Assembly (NCBI RefSeq): GCF_964204645.1
Contig: NC_134034.1
Span: 5,244,914 to 5,308,913 of the forward strand
Direction: 5' to 3'
Source: Tubulanus polymorphus
Lineage: Eukaryota > Animalia > Nemertea
DNA length: 64,000 nt
Shown: in pieces, positions 38,704 through 52,800 of the stretch
Numbering within the stretch: the stretch's first letter is position 1
Layout: every line of letters begins with the position of its first letter
Notes under the pieces: model-generated
The model's database searches: none
What the model was told of the DNA's origin: nothing
What the model saw: the letters and a program-made list of their open reading frames with translations, nothing else
Made by a program: the position numbers and the translations under genes

Positions 38704-41700
38704 ATTATCCAATCATATCTTAGAAATTCATTTACTTCAATCATTTGATGTACATGTATATATCATCTAAACTGGTTTATTTCTAAGTATCGAATTTAAA
38801 TGACATTGTTTCCAGAACGAAGGCTCTTTGACTGTGCAACTGAGCATATATTCATACAAATCACTCATTAAAGCATTACCCATTCTCCAAACTAGCTGAA
38901 TTTTGAAAAAGGGCCTCGTTAAAATTTATGAGCTTTTTCACGAAAATCTGATCGTAATAATATCTGTTTTAAAAAGCCAATCAGAAAGCAAAGACTCCTC
39001 TATGATTGGCTTCGCCGCAGAGATCAGCAGGTGTTCACGTGAACCCGCGGTAATTTCAACTGTTTTACTTCCGGGTTTTATTTTAAGATCTAAAATTTTA
39101 TTTCAATATAGATTTCTGCGAAATCTTTACTTCATTTGATTTTTGGGAGGAATACTTTTAATTGCACCACAGAAAATATCATAGAAAATTGTGCCAAGTC
39201 CGGGGAAAAAAGCTTTTTCTCAAATCGGATGGATGACCTTGATATGCTATTGTGTTAATTATTAGGTATTGACTAGTCTGAGTGCCCCTTGGGGCTCTTG
39301 TTTTTATCTGACCCGTAAATATTCGATACGGCCAAGTGGCGACAATTGTTGTTCGCCATAATTAGCCATGTTTACACATTTGTTTTTAAGTGAAATTTCC
39401 TTGGGCAGGGCAATCACCAAAATGGGTAGGTAGGCAGGACATTTTTTTTACTTTTTATAGAAAAAAAATATCATTCATTCTTCTATCAGTGGGTAGGTTG
39501 CCGTAAATGATTTTTACTGGACTAAATTTTTAGTCAGGAATATGATTAACAGCTAGTAGACTACAATAATAAAAGGATAATCCAAAGTCGCCATCAAAGT
39601 TGTCTGAGCATTTTGGTTTCCATAGACAAGTGGCTGTCCAATATCAATAGTAGATAAAAACCCACAATAAAAAGAAAAACTATCTGGTAGCTTAACGTTT
39701 CAACTCAATTCTATGAGCAATTTTCAAAAACTAAATCAGTTTTTGAAAATGGCTCATAGAATTAAGTTGATAGTTTTTCTTTTTATTGTCGGTTTTTATC
39801 TACTATTGTCTGAGCATGGCTGCGCCATTTCCAGAATCAAATTTTAAATCCAATATAATAAAATGTTTTTATGATGCTGATCTGTGCCGACATAATAATT
39901 TGGTAAAAAAATATTTACGAGAAAGGAGTTCGGTCGGCCACATATATATTTTTGAAAAGAGTTATTTGACCTAAAATTTTGAAAAAGGGTCGGTAGGCGA
40001 TTATATTTTATTCTGAAAATGATTATTTGAAATGGGGAAATATCGGGTCGGTCGGGCCCGAGAAACAGGGTTTTCTTTTGGTGTGGCCTAAGTGCAATTG
40101 CGTACACTGTAATGCTTAATGTTCATGAAAAAATAATGTAATTGTAAATAGTGCAAACCTCTATGTATCTATGTTATCTTGTCTGTAATCTGTCAATACA
40201 GTTCAACGTTAATTAAATATTATATTATGTTATTATTGTTTGTACTGTGGCTGAAAATGGGTATCTACACGTCTCGAAGATAAACCTTTTTCCCTTTTTA
40301 CTAAACTGATGAAACACATCCATTGATCAAAAACCTGTTTGACAGAACCCTACCGAAGGTGTACTACAGAAATTTCAATAAAAATGCAAACGGAACCATC
40401 TGTACAGAACTCAGGATTTAGACCTCAAAATTGACCCGATTAACTCCCGGTAAAACAGAATAAGCCGGAATTGCATTCAGCCAAGCAGGCTATAAATTAC
40501 CGATTAGACTTAGGATGATTAACTGCATTCGTTGAGACCACAAATTTGCTTCGTCATATTCTGTATCCTGGTTTAAATCTACCGAGTGGATGATTTGTCG
40601 CGTACACCGAATAAACCAAGAAGTATAGATCCTTCGATTTGCAGCAATTTCTTGACCACGTTCAATGTCATGCGCATTTGAATTATCTGACAGACCAAAA
40701 ACCATTCAACAATGTTGGGTAATCTTGCAAAGCTCCTTGAACACACTCTGAAATGAAAATGTTACATGAACAATCCAATAGGATTAGTTTGAAAACCGGT
40801 AGGACAGTGAATGGTATTCAGTGAAACTCGCAGAAATTGCTTTTTCAGTATGCATTGCCATTGGTCCGGTTTTTAACCTAAGTAAATTTCATAAAAATCG
40901 AAAATATTCAACTTATCTATAAGCCGTACATCGGGTAAGTTCAATAAATTTGATTGGGTCCAACAAGTACGACTTATATGTGGACTAGTTATTGTGTAAA
41001 TAAAAAGTTTGATCTACCTCCACTCCATGTCCATGTCCTACTTTCCTTTCCAACTACCTACATATTCAGCCATGATTGATGAAAACTGCGGGACGGACCA
41101 TGAACTCTCTTCCCAAAAATTCAGTTCAACTAAAAAAAGCAACTGCGCATTAGGTCTTTAATTCATTTCGAACTAGCTGAATGAAGGGTTACTGTCCATG
41201 ACTTACCTTATTGAGCATTTCCGACAGAGAGCAACATTAGGCGTTGTGTACCTCCCCCCGCGCCGCGCACACGAGGAGAGCGCGGTGCGGTTGGTTCCCT
41301 TCATCATCCATCCATCCATGCTACGGGATCGAAGATATGTGCGGTTTTTCAAAGCGTTACCAATTTCTTTACAAAAAGCGAATCATCTTAAATAACACTA
41401 CGTGGTAATTGTACTCACGCTTACGCTTCAGTCTAAGACGTACAAAAGTGATTTCTTGCCAATCCCGACTAAAAAAAACGGCATTTTACGAGAGTTCGGG
41501 AGTTCTTCAGACTCAGAGTTGGCGGCAAAATGGTAGCTAGCCACACGTGTTTGCATAACCTAACCAACCCGCAAAAAATAAACTCGCCCAGATCACATGA
41601 CTAAAAACGCTCATTAGCATATGCATGAGCCGGAAAAAGACGAACATGGCGGTTGTTTTCGCCGATTTAAGATGCGATTTCCTACACTTCTTACCAATCC

Positions 41701-41920
41701 TTCTAAGCGGTGATAAACGGATAAAATATCGGATATTCATATGTCGTCCGCGACTTTTGTGGTCACGATAAGACCTAAATGAGGTATGTACTACAAATAC
41801 TAAGCAAGATATCGCGAAAAAACAGGTCTCATACATTAATAAATAGACATTAATGTCTATTTCAACCTGACTTTAGAGCATTCTGGGTGGCCTAGCTCGC
41901 TAATTTTTGGTTGTACATAC

Positions 41921-42057
41921 CTGGGGCCAGTTGCTCAAAAGTTTGTTAAAGATAACCGGCCGTTAAATAAATACCATAGTAACAATGAAATTTCAATTGT
42001 CACCATATCAACTATCCACTGGTTAACTCTAACCAACCTTTGAGCAACTGGCCCCTG
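41921..42057. mobile_element. Short MITE (GGGGCCAGTTGCTCAAAA...TTTGAGCAACTGGCCCC); related copy at about 36958-37012
   Basis: Inverted termini visible. Confidence 0.7.
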
Positions 42058-42922
42058 ATAACGGTCTTAATAGGACCTGAAAGGACTGACAGTCGACCTA
42101 AATCACTATTTTTTAATTCATTTGAAACTGTATGGAAGGATATCCAAAAAGTCTTCACTGAAAGGGGTTCATGAGAGAAAAGTGACTCCACGATTTGAAA
42201 GTTTAACAATATGTTTCCATGCCTACGTATCAAATTTCAGTTGGTAAGCATAGAGACATATCGTTGCTTTGTTGGCGAACTGGCGAATATGTTTTTTGAA
42301 TGTAATGAGAAAAGAAAGGGTGAAATTTTAGGGATATTTGCAATACCATAGTGCGAACAATAAATAACCTTTCTTATAAGAAAATCGGTTTTGATTAAAC
42401 CTGGACAACTCGTTTATAAGTTTAAGCGACTAATTCTACTCTTTGCGAAGACTTGGTCGAGATAAACAACTTTAAAAGTGACCCATGATATTCGTCACCA
42501 TTGCTAACTTCAAAAAAGATATTCGCCGCATATGCTAAATAAGAATACAGTTATTCGTACAACATTCGTCGCATATTCGCCAGTTTGCGAAGTCACATAT
42601 GAAGCATGTTCCTTGATATATGGCAATTCTCCTGAATGTAAAATGTGAAAATCCAAGGTAGCCTAAATAAAAGAAATCTTCCAGTAAGGCCGTTTCGTAG
42701 AAAGGTCTGTTTAACCTCCGAGTTCAACGAACATCAGAAATTGGATAGAAATGCGCACCAATCAAGACTACAAAACTAATGTAACGCAAATAAACTTTAA
42801 TTTCCATAAAAATGAACAAACTTTCAGATTAAACCCTTGAAAAAACAGATGAAAATTTAACATGAAATTTAAAAATCTAAATTCTTAAGTCCATCTATTG
42901 AACAAACGTAGTTTTAATTTTT

Positions 42923-44524
42923 TTACCGCAAGTTTTTGTAGAATAGAATATGTTTGGGCATTCTAATAACAGGATTGGGTCCATTAGTTAAACTTATCAA
43001 GTCGTTATATTCCTGGCTATTTGTGTATGCTTTGTGAAGAGATATGATGTTTCTTCGAAGAGGCAAGTTGAGGGTCTGGAAACCAACCCCGTTATGCGCT
43101 AATTTAAACTCGATTTGATTATGATTTTCTTTAGACACGCGAAGTTGCATGATATCGGGCCATTTAATTGCCACGCCCTCTTCTGACAATCGCGAAAGTA
43201 GAATACCGAATGACTGTGACAGTGCTTTGAAATCGAAAATGTCTTCAGTACAGACATCTGTGACTTTGTACGGACGAGAACATGCCATTTTCACCAGTAT
43301 CGAGAGTTGAGCTGGAACACAAATGTCTCCAGTTATTTTTAGAGCTCGCTCAATCACGCTATGGACTGAATCCCCTTCAGACTGCCCATGGTTAGTTTCG
43401 AAATAGAAAATAGTGATGTCTCGGAGGTTCACGCATTTCCCTAATACATATAGCATCATTCCACATACGATTGAATTTTTGTTTTGCCCAGCACATCCAT
43501 CACAAAACAATGAAGCATGTTCAAACCCTTGTTTGTCTGCTTCTAAGAGATATGCCGCAAGATGCGAGGATATCTCATTGGAACCTCTTCCGGCAATAGA
43601 CTCGTTCCACAAATAGCAATGGCCCTCTTTCGTCTTGATATAGAAGATCGAAAAATTGTAGCAGGATGGTCTCCTTTTGTAAAATACTTCACAGCGATTC
43701 GATTTCGGAAGAAAGATGACCTGCTGAAGATCAAAGGAAGCTACCAGTCTCTTGTCGTCATTCTCATCTTTGTAAAACTGTTTTATCTGCCTAACTTTCT
43801 GTTTTTCCGAGATATGTTTTTCGTATTGACTTCGTAAGTTGTCTCTCTTCTCCAGTTGCGTTGCGAAACCCCTCACAAATACCACATAAGTCTTTCTCCG
43901 TGATCGGATAAAAAATTCATACTGTAATAAGAATGCTTTGTTTCCCGTCTACTCTCTTCGGGTATATCCGAACATTTTAGACCATTCATACTACAATATC
44001 GGCTTTCGCATCGAGGTTTCGGAGAGTTGCGCGCTTCAACAACATTTGATGTTATGTATGTGTTTCCTTTTACACGGGATTTTTTTACCTGCTGTCTTCT
44101 CGATTTCTTGGGGGCAGGTTCTGCCGTTCTGAGCATATTACTTAGATCTTCCATCGGTTCGCCTTTAACTTGGAAGTCCCCAGGTCGACAAGTCGTTTCA
44201 GGGGAACAGAATTTACATTTTTCCTTAAAGTGAATGTAACAAAACACTCGTAAACGTTTGACATGCCGCAAAAATTTCGTCATTGCAATTCGATGTTTCG
44301 CATATCAAATTATGTACGGAGCTATCTGGCACATAGTCGGGATCATCGCTTCGTTCATCATCATCATCCTGGTTCTCTCCACATGTAGATGTTCTGTACC
44401 TTTCGACTATTTGTTTGATGCGCTCCTCTGGAGTTGGGATATCATACCGGCCGGGGAGGTGGCCTCCCTGCTCATACTGAACTGACATGGATCTGTTCCT
44501 AAAAATCACATTCTTCAATCCCAC
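42923..44524 (-). pseudogene. Sola-like (probably Sola1) transposase, intronless, frameshifted at the 5' end
   Basis: FDLQQVIFLP, FYKRR, RGSNEISS, FCDGCAGQNKN, HGQSEGDSVHSVIE. Confidence 0.75.
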
Positions 44525-45045
44525 GCATGAAGTTAATTATACATTGGTGTTGAAACGTTGTCAAAATCTCATACAGAGCCTAAGGGGATATGAATTTTGA
44601 TATTTCGGATAAAATGTCTTTTGTGTAGGAAATAATAATGATTGAAAAAAAACTGAATTTTACATGTATTTGTATTTTCATGTACTCTTATTATTGTATA
44701 AAACAGCTAAATAATATTGCCTATCAAAATCCGAGTTATCTGATTCTGCAGAATTTGAATTAGTCATCAGCATATCCGACGAGCTCGCAGACATTTTATC
44801 AGTTAATAATATAAAGAGAATCCCAAAATTATAAGGAAAATATTAAGTCCATTATATGTTAATAGTGTTTCCTTGAGCAGTTCGACGCTTTGACTATCCT
44901 AATACAGTACTCTTCAGTCAAGTTCTTTATCCGCTGCCAGTGACGTCATATACATGGAGGATGTCATTCTATAGACACGCCATGATGGCATAGTGACACC
45001 GTATTCTGAGGTATGGAAACGTAGCTCGACTTTCGGAGAAACCAA

Positions 45046-45172
45046 TATGGCGTTTCATTCGGTCGAAAAACGGCTCTAATTCAGGGCCAAAATATTAAAA
45101 TTTTGACCAAAAAAGTAAGTTTTTTTGGCTAAAAGTTATTGATTTTTATTCCCCAGACCTCGATGATAAATA
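45046..45172. repeat. TATGGCG-starting end sequence, inverted relative to 32893-33020
   Basis: Imperfect reverse-complement match. Confidence 0.75.
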
Positions 45173-46734
45173 AAAGGCCCTAGACCCTATGCTGAAATAA
45201 AAATTTTTGGGGGGAGTACGAAAGTGCAATAGCACCCAATTTTTTACTCAGTCTCAGATTCCGGAGTGAATTTCATTTATGCCTAGGCCATTCTAGTCCA
45301 TTTATTAAGACATATATGAGATATGTACCCCAAAAAAGTAAGCAAAATATCCCAGAAAAACAGGTCTCATCCATTAATAAATGGACTTTAGTCCCACCAC
45401 CCGCTGTCGAGAAAACATATAGCATATAGTTTTAGTAAATCGGTTCATACGTAAGTCCTAACATGCAGTTTCTTAATGTGATGTCTCATTCTAGTCTAGG
45501 CTCATATATGTTCAATATTTTTTCTAAAAATCCTTTTTTGATTCGTACAGTTTCCTCGATTGAAATTTGAAAGATGATTGAGTTAGGACATGGCCTTTAC
45601 CGAAGGTTCTGGTATCCTTGTGTTTGCGAGAAGGGTCGAATAACATTTTATGATGGCATAAATATCAAGGTAGGCATAATTGCATTTGAGTTCCAGCACA
45701 CATGTGTAGTATAGCCTATACAATATGAACAATGATGCATTCTTTATTGTAGAGGACAAAGCGGAAATTTAAGGACTGGACATTACCCACTTTTGGGATG
45801 GAGGTGTGGCGAGGGAAAATTCCTATAAAAGTAGTTGTAAAGCATGAGCTTCCAAAACTTATGGTCTCCGTGAAAATGAATGGAAAAGAATTGTGATAGG
45901 ATCAGTGAAACTGTGCAGTCCGGATAAATCATTGTTTTTATATCCATTTTACAATGCATTGAATGATTGCCAACAAGTCTTCGAACCATGATTTTAGATA
46001 ATCTGAAAATAATTTCAAATGGTAGGCATGGAAACATATTGTTAAAATTGATTTAGTTCATAAAATGGAGTCTCTTTTTTCTAATTCAAATGTGTTAAAG
46101 AAGACTTTTTGCCAATCCTTCAAAACAGTGTAAAATGGACCTAACAATTGTGATTTATCTGGAATGCACAGTTTCGCTGGTCCTATTGAGACCAATTTGA
46201 GGTATATGTTCAAAAGTTTCAGAGAAAAATCCCAAAAGACCGAAAATAATTAGAATTTAGTAGGGTACATTTAGTATAAGTATACATTTCAAAATAGTCA
46301 GCCTGTAATAGTCTGACTTTAAATTCGGGAAGGTTTCATAACAATGGCTTTTTCAAAGATTCTACTTCTGAAAAGCTCGAGTTATAGGCCTAACCATTTT
46401 CAAAAATCTGGTTCCGATAGAGCGCACTAACAGTAGTCAACTGTAAAACCACTTGTTTGTGACAGTGACTTAAAGTTTTCAAGACGCTTCAATGGATTGA
46501 TATTTGGTTTATACATGTATCTTCCCTAGACCTTCAGCCCCAAAACTGGCCAGATCAGAATCAAGGTGGCCGACGGGCAGCCATTGTTGTTTGCCAAAAT
46601 CAGCTTTTTTTTACACATTTTTGAAGTTTTCAAGGGAAATTTTGAAAACGCATTGATCAATTATATTGATCTTTCAAATGTTTGTATCCGCCGATGATGC
46701 ACCGGCAAAAACTTGGAAATAAAGAAAGGAAAAA

Positions 46735-47420
46735 TTGGGTCGATTGGACCCAAGATGGCCGTCGTGTGACCTTTGTTGTACCCAAAAAGGTCATTTTTGC
46801 CCAGAATTCCGAGACCTGTAGCTTCCGAATGGTTTGCCATTTTTCATTGAAATTCGTAATGGGTATGTAACGTTAAGAAGGGATCTTAAACATTTCAGAC
46901 AGATTCTTTGATCAGTCAAGTGTGACGCAATGGGCGGCCATCTTAGTGTCATCAGTCATTTATAGATTAAAAAGGTTTTTTTGAGGAAAATATCGACAGG
47001 TTAAGACAACGTCTTGATATTTGATAAGCCTGAATAGTATCATTGTCGTAGTATTCATCTCTTCGCGTGGAATTGGGGTTACCCAGGTTTTTTCTCACCA
47101 GCAGGGGAGGTGAATATTGAAGTATATACAATTTGCCTATTTATATTGGTAGCTTTGGATATTTTGTAACCACAATGACTTGCAAAATTGTAGCATGTGA
47201 CATGTTCTATGATTTTTGTGAGTTTCAAGGTCATTGGTCCTTGTATAGATGGTCATCTGGGAGCGTTGAGTAGCCGAATAAGTTAGTATTTTCATATTGT
47301 ATTGGTCTCTAGCCAAATTCTGTAACCACAATCAATTGAAAAATTGTAGCTTGTGACATGTTCTATGATTGTGGTGAGTTTTAAGGTCATTGCTTTCTTA
47401 ATATGTTCACCAAGGGATGT
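46735..47420. repeat. Interspersed repeat also present at about 35650-36280
   Basis: Shared blocks CAAGATGGCCGTC, AATTCCGAG-CCTGTAGCTTCC, GGCGGCCATCTT-GTGTCATCAGT, TGAGTTTCAAGGTCATTGG. Confidence 0.7.
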
Positions 47421-48791
47421 TGAAATTTTCGATTGTTGATTGTTGATTGTTGAGCGTTTCAAACCACTTACTTACAAAAAAGGCGTGGTATCCCTGAACC
47501 CTTAGTTAGATTGATAATATAATATTTCATTATAAAAATACACATAACCTTGTCGCAGGGATGATAATTCCCCGAGGTTTCTCACGGATTTCGGTAACGA
47601 AAAATATCATTTTTCCCAATAGTCCAAAAATGGTGTAAAGTATATGGGGGGTTGATGATGGTCTCACAGCCGGTTCGCATGAATAAAGAAATACCGCAGA
47701 TCTTATAGGTCGGCGTTCTCATCCCAGTTGGCGGCGATTCACGAAAGATAACATTTACATTTACATTGCAATTAAATTTTAGTTTACATTGGTTTTTAAG
47801 CCGCTTTCACACCACACTATTTAGGAAGGTCTAAATTTTACCCGTTCCACTTTTGAATGGACTAACCTGGAAAAACCTAAAATACGAACCGATGTCCGTT
47901 CTATGTTTTGCAACGAACCAATATATGTGTGGAGTTCCAGCTCCATTCTTAATCTTAGTTTTGAATCTATGCTATGAATTAAATTGACATATACGCACTG
48001 TTCACTTAACCTAGGTCACTACATCGTCAGTTTAGACCAGTCTAACTAGTGCTGGTGTGGAGACGGCTTTCGTCTACTTGTGATCGTGAATCAGTTCATC
48101 AGTTTATCATTTTGATCAAACGATCTCAGCTATTTATTTTCATATAAACGCGTTATTCAATGGACGAAGGATCATCGTTATGATATCGTCATATTTACAT
48201 CGTCTATATACGTATCACCAACAGTGAAATCGATATCGCAACTCAACATACGTTTAGATAGAGAACTAAAGCATGCATAAGCCTTATGATGATTCCACCG
48301 ATGACCATTTGTAATTAATCCATTTGAATTTCATTCATATAATTATCGATGGTTTATAGGCAAGATATACGTCTGATGCGGCATGGTTCGTATATATTTA
48401 GAATTTAGTTATGGTTACTTTGTGTTCAGCCTGTTTCAAAAATTTCTTAAAATTGTTTCAATGTATAAATGTATGATCACGACGTAAGAATAATTAATTA
48501 TTATTGTCAATCTCTTTTCATCCCTGAAAATCTAGGAATTGACGGTGGAAGCAATTCGGAGGGTATCATGTGTCAAATTAGGAATGGCGAAAATAAACCG
48601 ACTGCGGAAACAATGAATGACTTGGAAGAACCTGTAAATAGTATGTACCATCATACATACCATTTTGTATCGACACGATCTTACTGATTATTATTTATGT
48701 TTCCTGAGTAATTGGAAAAGTGGGCTTTCATACCAGAGTACCAGAGTACGAGACACCTCTCATCACTACAAGTAATTTTTTTTCCTTATAA

Positions 48792-49085
48792 ATGGGAGAT
48801 AGAAAAGCATTCTTAGCAACAATAAATAACAGAATAAAACCAGCAAAAGAACAATTTGAAATAAAAAAGTTAGTTGATGTTACAAAAGAAATTGAACATA
48901 AAATATTGAAATTAGAAAAGATAAAAACTAAATGTAGAGAGAAAGTATCAGCTAATTTAAGCTACTGTAATGTTAGTACATCGCAAGAATTTAAAGTATT
49001 TTTACCTGATAAATGGGCTTCATTGAGTACAGAGGAATTAAAAGATTTAGAAGGATTTAAAATAATCTATCATGGAAAAAAATGA
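48792..49085 (+). CDS. Maverick hypothetical protein
   Basis: 97-aa Lys/Glu-rich ORF preceded by a T-tract and TAAATG. Confidence 0.5.
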   Translation: MGDRKAFLATINNRIKPAKEQFEIKKLVDVTKEIEHKILKLEKIKTKCREKVSANLSYCNVSTSQEFKVFLPDKWASLSTEELKDLEGFKIIYHGKK

Positions 49086-49826
49086 AGATGGCCATCATGA
49101 TTTAGAAATTGTTGATTAAATTTAAAAAAATAAATTAATAAAAATAATGAATATCTAGAATCCGAAATGACTTATCTGGACAATTTAATTGCTCCGCATA
49201 GATAGACAAAAATAGTGAGATATTTAATTAATTAAAAAAAAAATATTTTTTTTTGCTTTTTTTCTAAAATATTAATCCATTTTTTTTATTGTCAATTTTG
49301 GGATTTCAGAAGTATAGCAGTTGTTTCAGAATTATTAAGATCATGAATTTTATTTTGATTTCTTATACCAACTACACCCAATCAAAATGAATACAATTAC
49401 AAATCCAGCTGTAAAATATAGACATTTATCAAATATTCTAAGGAGTAGAGATAACAATATTTTCACCATTTTTATTACTTATTTTTTCTTTTACAGCTTT
49501 TTTATATTCTCGTGATTTAATTTCTAATTACCGAGACCATTCAATTTGTTTCTGAGTTCTCGGTTTTTTCTTCACTTCTTCCACCTTGTTCATTGTTTAT
49601 AGAAATATCTTTACTTTCAATATTTGAAAATGTTATAACTCCAGTTGATAATAATGTCATAAATCCACCTAATTGAAATGATTAATATCCAAACCATTTA
49701 TTTAATTCGGTCATAACTAGATAATCATTTTTTAAATCAGCATATAATCTATTTTCATCTTGAATTGGCAGCATATAATTACATAATTTAACCTTTTACT
49801 ACATTTTCTGATATCGCGTCATTAAT

Positions 49827-52800
49827 TAGGGTTTTCTGTTATTTCACAGAAAACCCTATTGATATCCGCGTGATTATTATTATTATTATTTTCTTCCACA
49901 CTATTTTTACCAAAAGAACATAGGCTTTGTTACCTTACCGCTGTTTCATATACAATCCATATAATATCGTCAAGCTCACTGAGATCTACAAATAGCCCGC
50001 GTGTTTTTTTCACGAATCATCGTTACAAAAGCGCTGTCGGGCTGTAAACATCGAAAATTTAGCCCCATTCAATGGGGCGACATGTTTTTCGTCATCCCGA
50101 AATCAACCCGCAGGCCGACTGTCACTTCGATTATCAATTCAAGTATAAATGAACTAATTTATTGCCGCAGACTTCACATTCAGTCGCGGTCTTCAAACAG
50201 TGATTTTAACAATAGCCCATTTTCCTCATCAAATCATATTACCGATACACTGGAAATTTACTACTTTAGATTTTAAAAGCACTGTCGAGCCGTAAACATC
50301 GACGAATCGACGTGTGTTACTACATCGACGTTCCGGGGATGAGCTGCGAGTTTCTCCTCATCATGAGAATCAAATCGAGTACAAATTAATTTATTACTAC
50401 AAGTGATTTGGCTGCGGGTTTCAAGGAGTTAGTTTAACAATACCTTTTTTTCTTTACCGAATTAACCGTGTATTTACTAAGATAAATCTTTAGTGTACCG
50501 GGGAATCGTAGGCCTAAACTAAACAGGCCGAAGAGATATGGCGGAGAAAAGCTGTTATGTCGACGAGGTATCAAAATAAAAGAATATATTACTTTATTCG
50601 GCCGCGGGCTTCAACCATTTATCAATACTCTATATTTCCTACAGTACATACCGATCATTGTCAAATGCACAAGGTATTTACTAAATACAAGTATATAACA
50701 CACTCCTATCCATATGCTGGACTCACACTTGACATTCGGAGTAAGCGTTCGCTCTGGGGGAAAGGAGATCGTTCGCTGTGTCGCTTGAAGTGTTTATCGA
50801 GTTTTACGCGACCTTAAGGCTTTAGTATGGTGGCTGATAAGATAAAAAAACATGAATATGCAAATGAGGGCGACATTACGACAAAACGACAAAACTAAAA
50901 TAACGCGAGAAAACAATGATTTTGATTTTGTCGCCCGCGACAATTCATTATTTTGGTTATGTCACACGCGACAATTCAATATTGTGGTTTTATCGCCCGC
51001 GACAATTCATTATTTTGGTTTTATTGCTTGCGACAATTCATTATTTTGGTTTTGTCGCCCGCGAAAATTCAATATTTTGGTTTTATCGCCCACGACAATT
51101 CACTACTTTGGTTTTATCGCCCACGACAATTCACTACTTTGGTTTTATCGCCAGCGACAATTCATTATTTTGGTTTTGTCGCCCGAGACAATTCATTATT
51201 TTGGTTTTATCGCCGGCGACAATTCATTATTACGGTTTTATCGCCCGCGACAATTCATTATTTTGGTTTTGTCGCCCGCGACAATTCACCATTTTGGTTT
51301 TGTCACCCGCGAAAATTCATTATTTTGGTTTTATCGCCCGCGACAATTCATTATTTTGGTTTTGTCGCCAGCCACAATTCATTAGTTTGGTTTTGTTGCC
51401 CGCGACAATTCAATATTTTGGTTTTGTCGCCCGCGAAAATTCAATATTTTGGTTTTATCGCCCACGACAATTCACTACTTTGGTTTTATCGCCCACGACA
51501 ATTCACTACTTTGGTTTTATCGCCAGCGACAATTCATTATTTTGGTTTTGTCGCCCGAGACAATTCATTATTTTGGTTTTATCGCCGGCGACAATTCATT
51601 ATTACGGTTTTATCGCCCGCGACAATTCATTATTTTGGTTTTGTCGCCCGCGACAATTCACCATTTTGGTTTTGTCACCCGCGAAAATTCATTATTTTGG
51701 TTTTATCGCCCGCGACAATTCATTATTTTGTGTTTTGTCGCCAGCCACAATTCATTAGTTTGGTTTTGTTGCCCGCGACAATTCAATATTTTGGTTTTGT
51801 CGCCCGCGACAATTCAATATTTTGGTTTTATCGCCCACGACAATTCATTACTTTGGTTTTAACTCCAGCGACAATTCATTATTTTGGTTTTGTCGCCCGC
51901 GACAATTCTTCTTTTTGGTTTTGTCGCCCGCGACAATTCATTATTTTGGTTTTATATTTTGTTTTAGTCGCCCGCGACAATTTTTTTTTTGGTTTTGTAG
52001 CCCGCGACAATTCTTCTTTTTGGTTTTGTCGCCCGCGACAATTCATTATTTTGGTTTTATATTTTGTTTTAGTCGCCCGCGACAATTTTTTTTTTGGTTT
52101 TGTAGCCCGCGACAATTCAATATTTTGGTTTTGTCGCCCGCGACCATTCATTATTTTGGTTTAATCGCCCGCGACAATTCAATATTTTGGTTTTATCGCC
52201 CGCGATAATTCATTATTTTGGTTTTATCGCCCGCGACAATTCATTATTTTGGTTTTGTCGCCCGAGACAATTCATTATTTTGGTTTTGTCGCCCCCACAA
52301 TTCTTTTTTTGGTTTTGTCGCTCGCGACAATTCATTAGTTTGGTTTTGTCGCTTGTGACAATTCATTATTTTGGTTTTGTCGCCCGCCCCAATTCAATAT
52401 TTTGGTTTTATCGCCCACGACAATTCATTACTTTGGTTTTATCTCCAGCGACAATTCATTATTTTGGTTTTGTCGCCTGCGACAATTCTTCTTTTTGGTT
52501 TTGTTGCCCGCGACAATTAATTATTTTGGTTTTCATAATTTTAGTTTTGTCGCCCGTGGTTTTGTCGGAACATTAAGTTTTTTTGTCGAACAGTGTGTTA
52601 AGATTGTTTTGGAAATTTACTCGGTCTGGTATATTTTGGATTACTGTGTATGTCATTTGTCAGGACATTAAACAGAAGACGACTTAGGATACTACCTTGC
52701 GTGACTCCACTAGTTAGACCGTCTCATTCCAAGATGAGGCGTTCCGTTGATTTCGGTTACAAGTTTCCGTTCAGAGATAACTGCTGAGCCATTTGGGCGA

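Larger units (their letters stand above)
33028..41850 (+). mobile_element. Sailor-type (long DDxE IS630/Tc1/mariner) DNA transposon, 8.8 kb, TA flanks
   Basis: 227-bp TIRs (33028-33254 and 41624-41850) with no mismatch seen, TA on both sides, transposase inside. Confidence 0.85.

Noticed and set aside
40440-41400. Possible second gene in the 3' part of the Sailor element
   Set aside because: Only short ORFs with no recognisable motif; I could not build a consistent exon chain.
48700-48790. Maverick left TIR
   Set aside because: No clear (AG)n or (AGT)n terminus, and the partner end is outside the window.
50925-52560. 31-bp repeat array as a CRISPR array
   Set aside because: Units are head-to-tail with no unique spacers, no cas genes are present, and the context is eukaryotic.
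50852-52671. Long ORFs (up to 403 aa) in several frames
   Set aside because: They are translations of a stop-poor 31-bp satellite.
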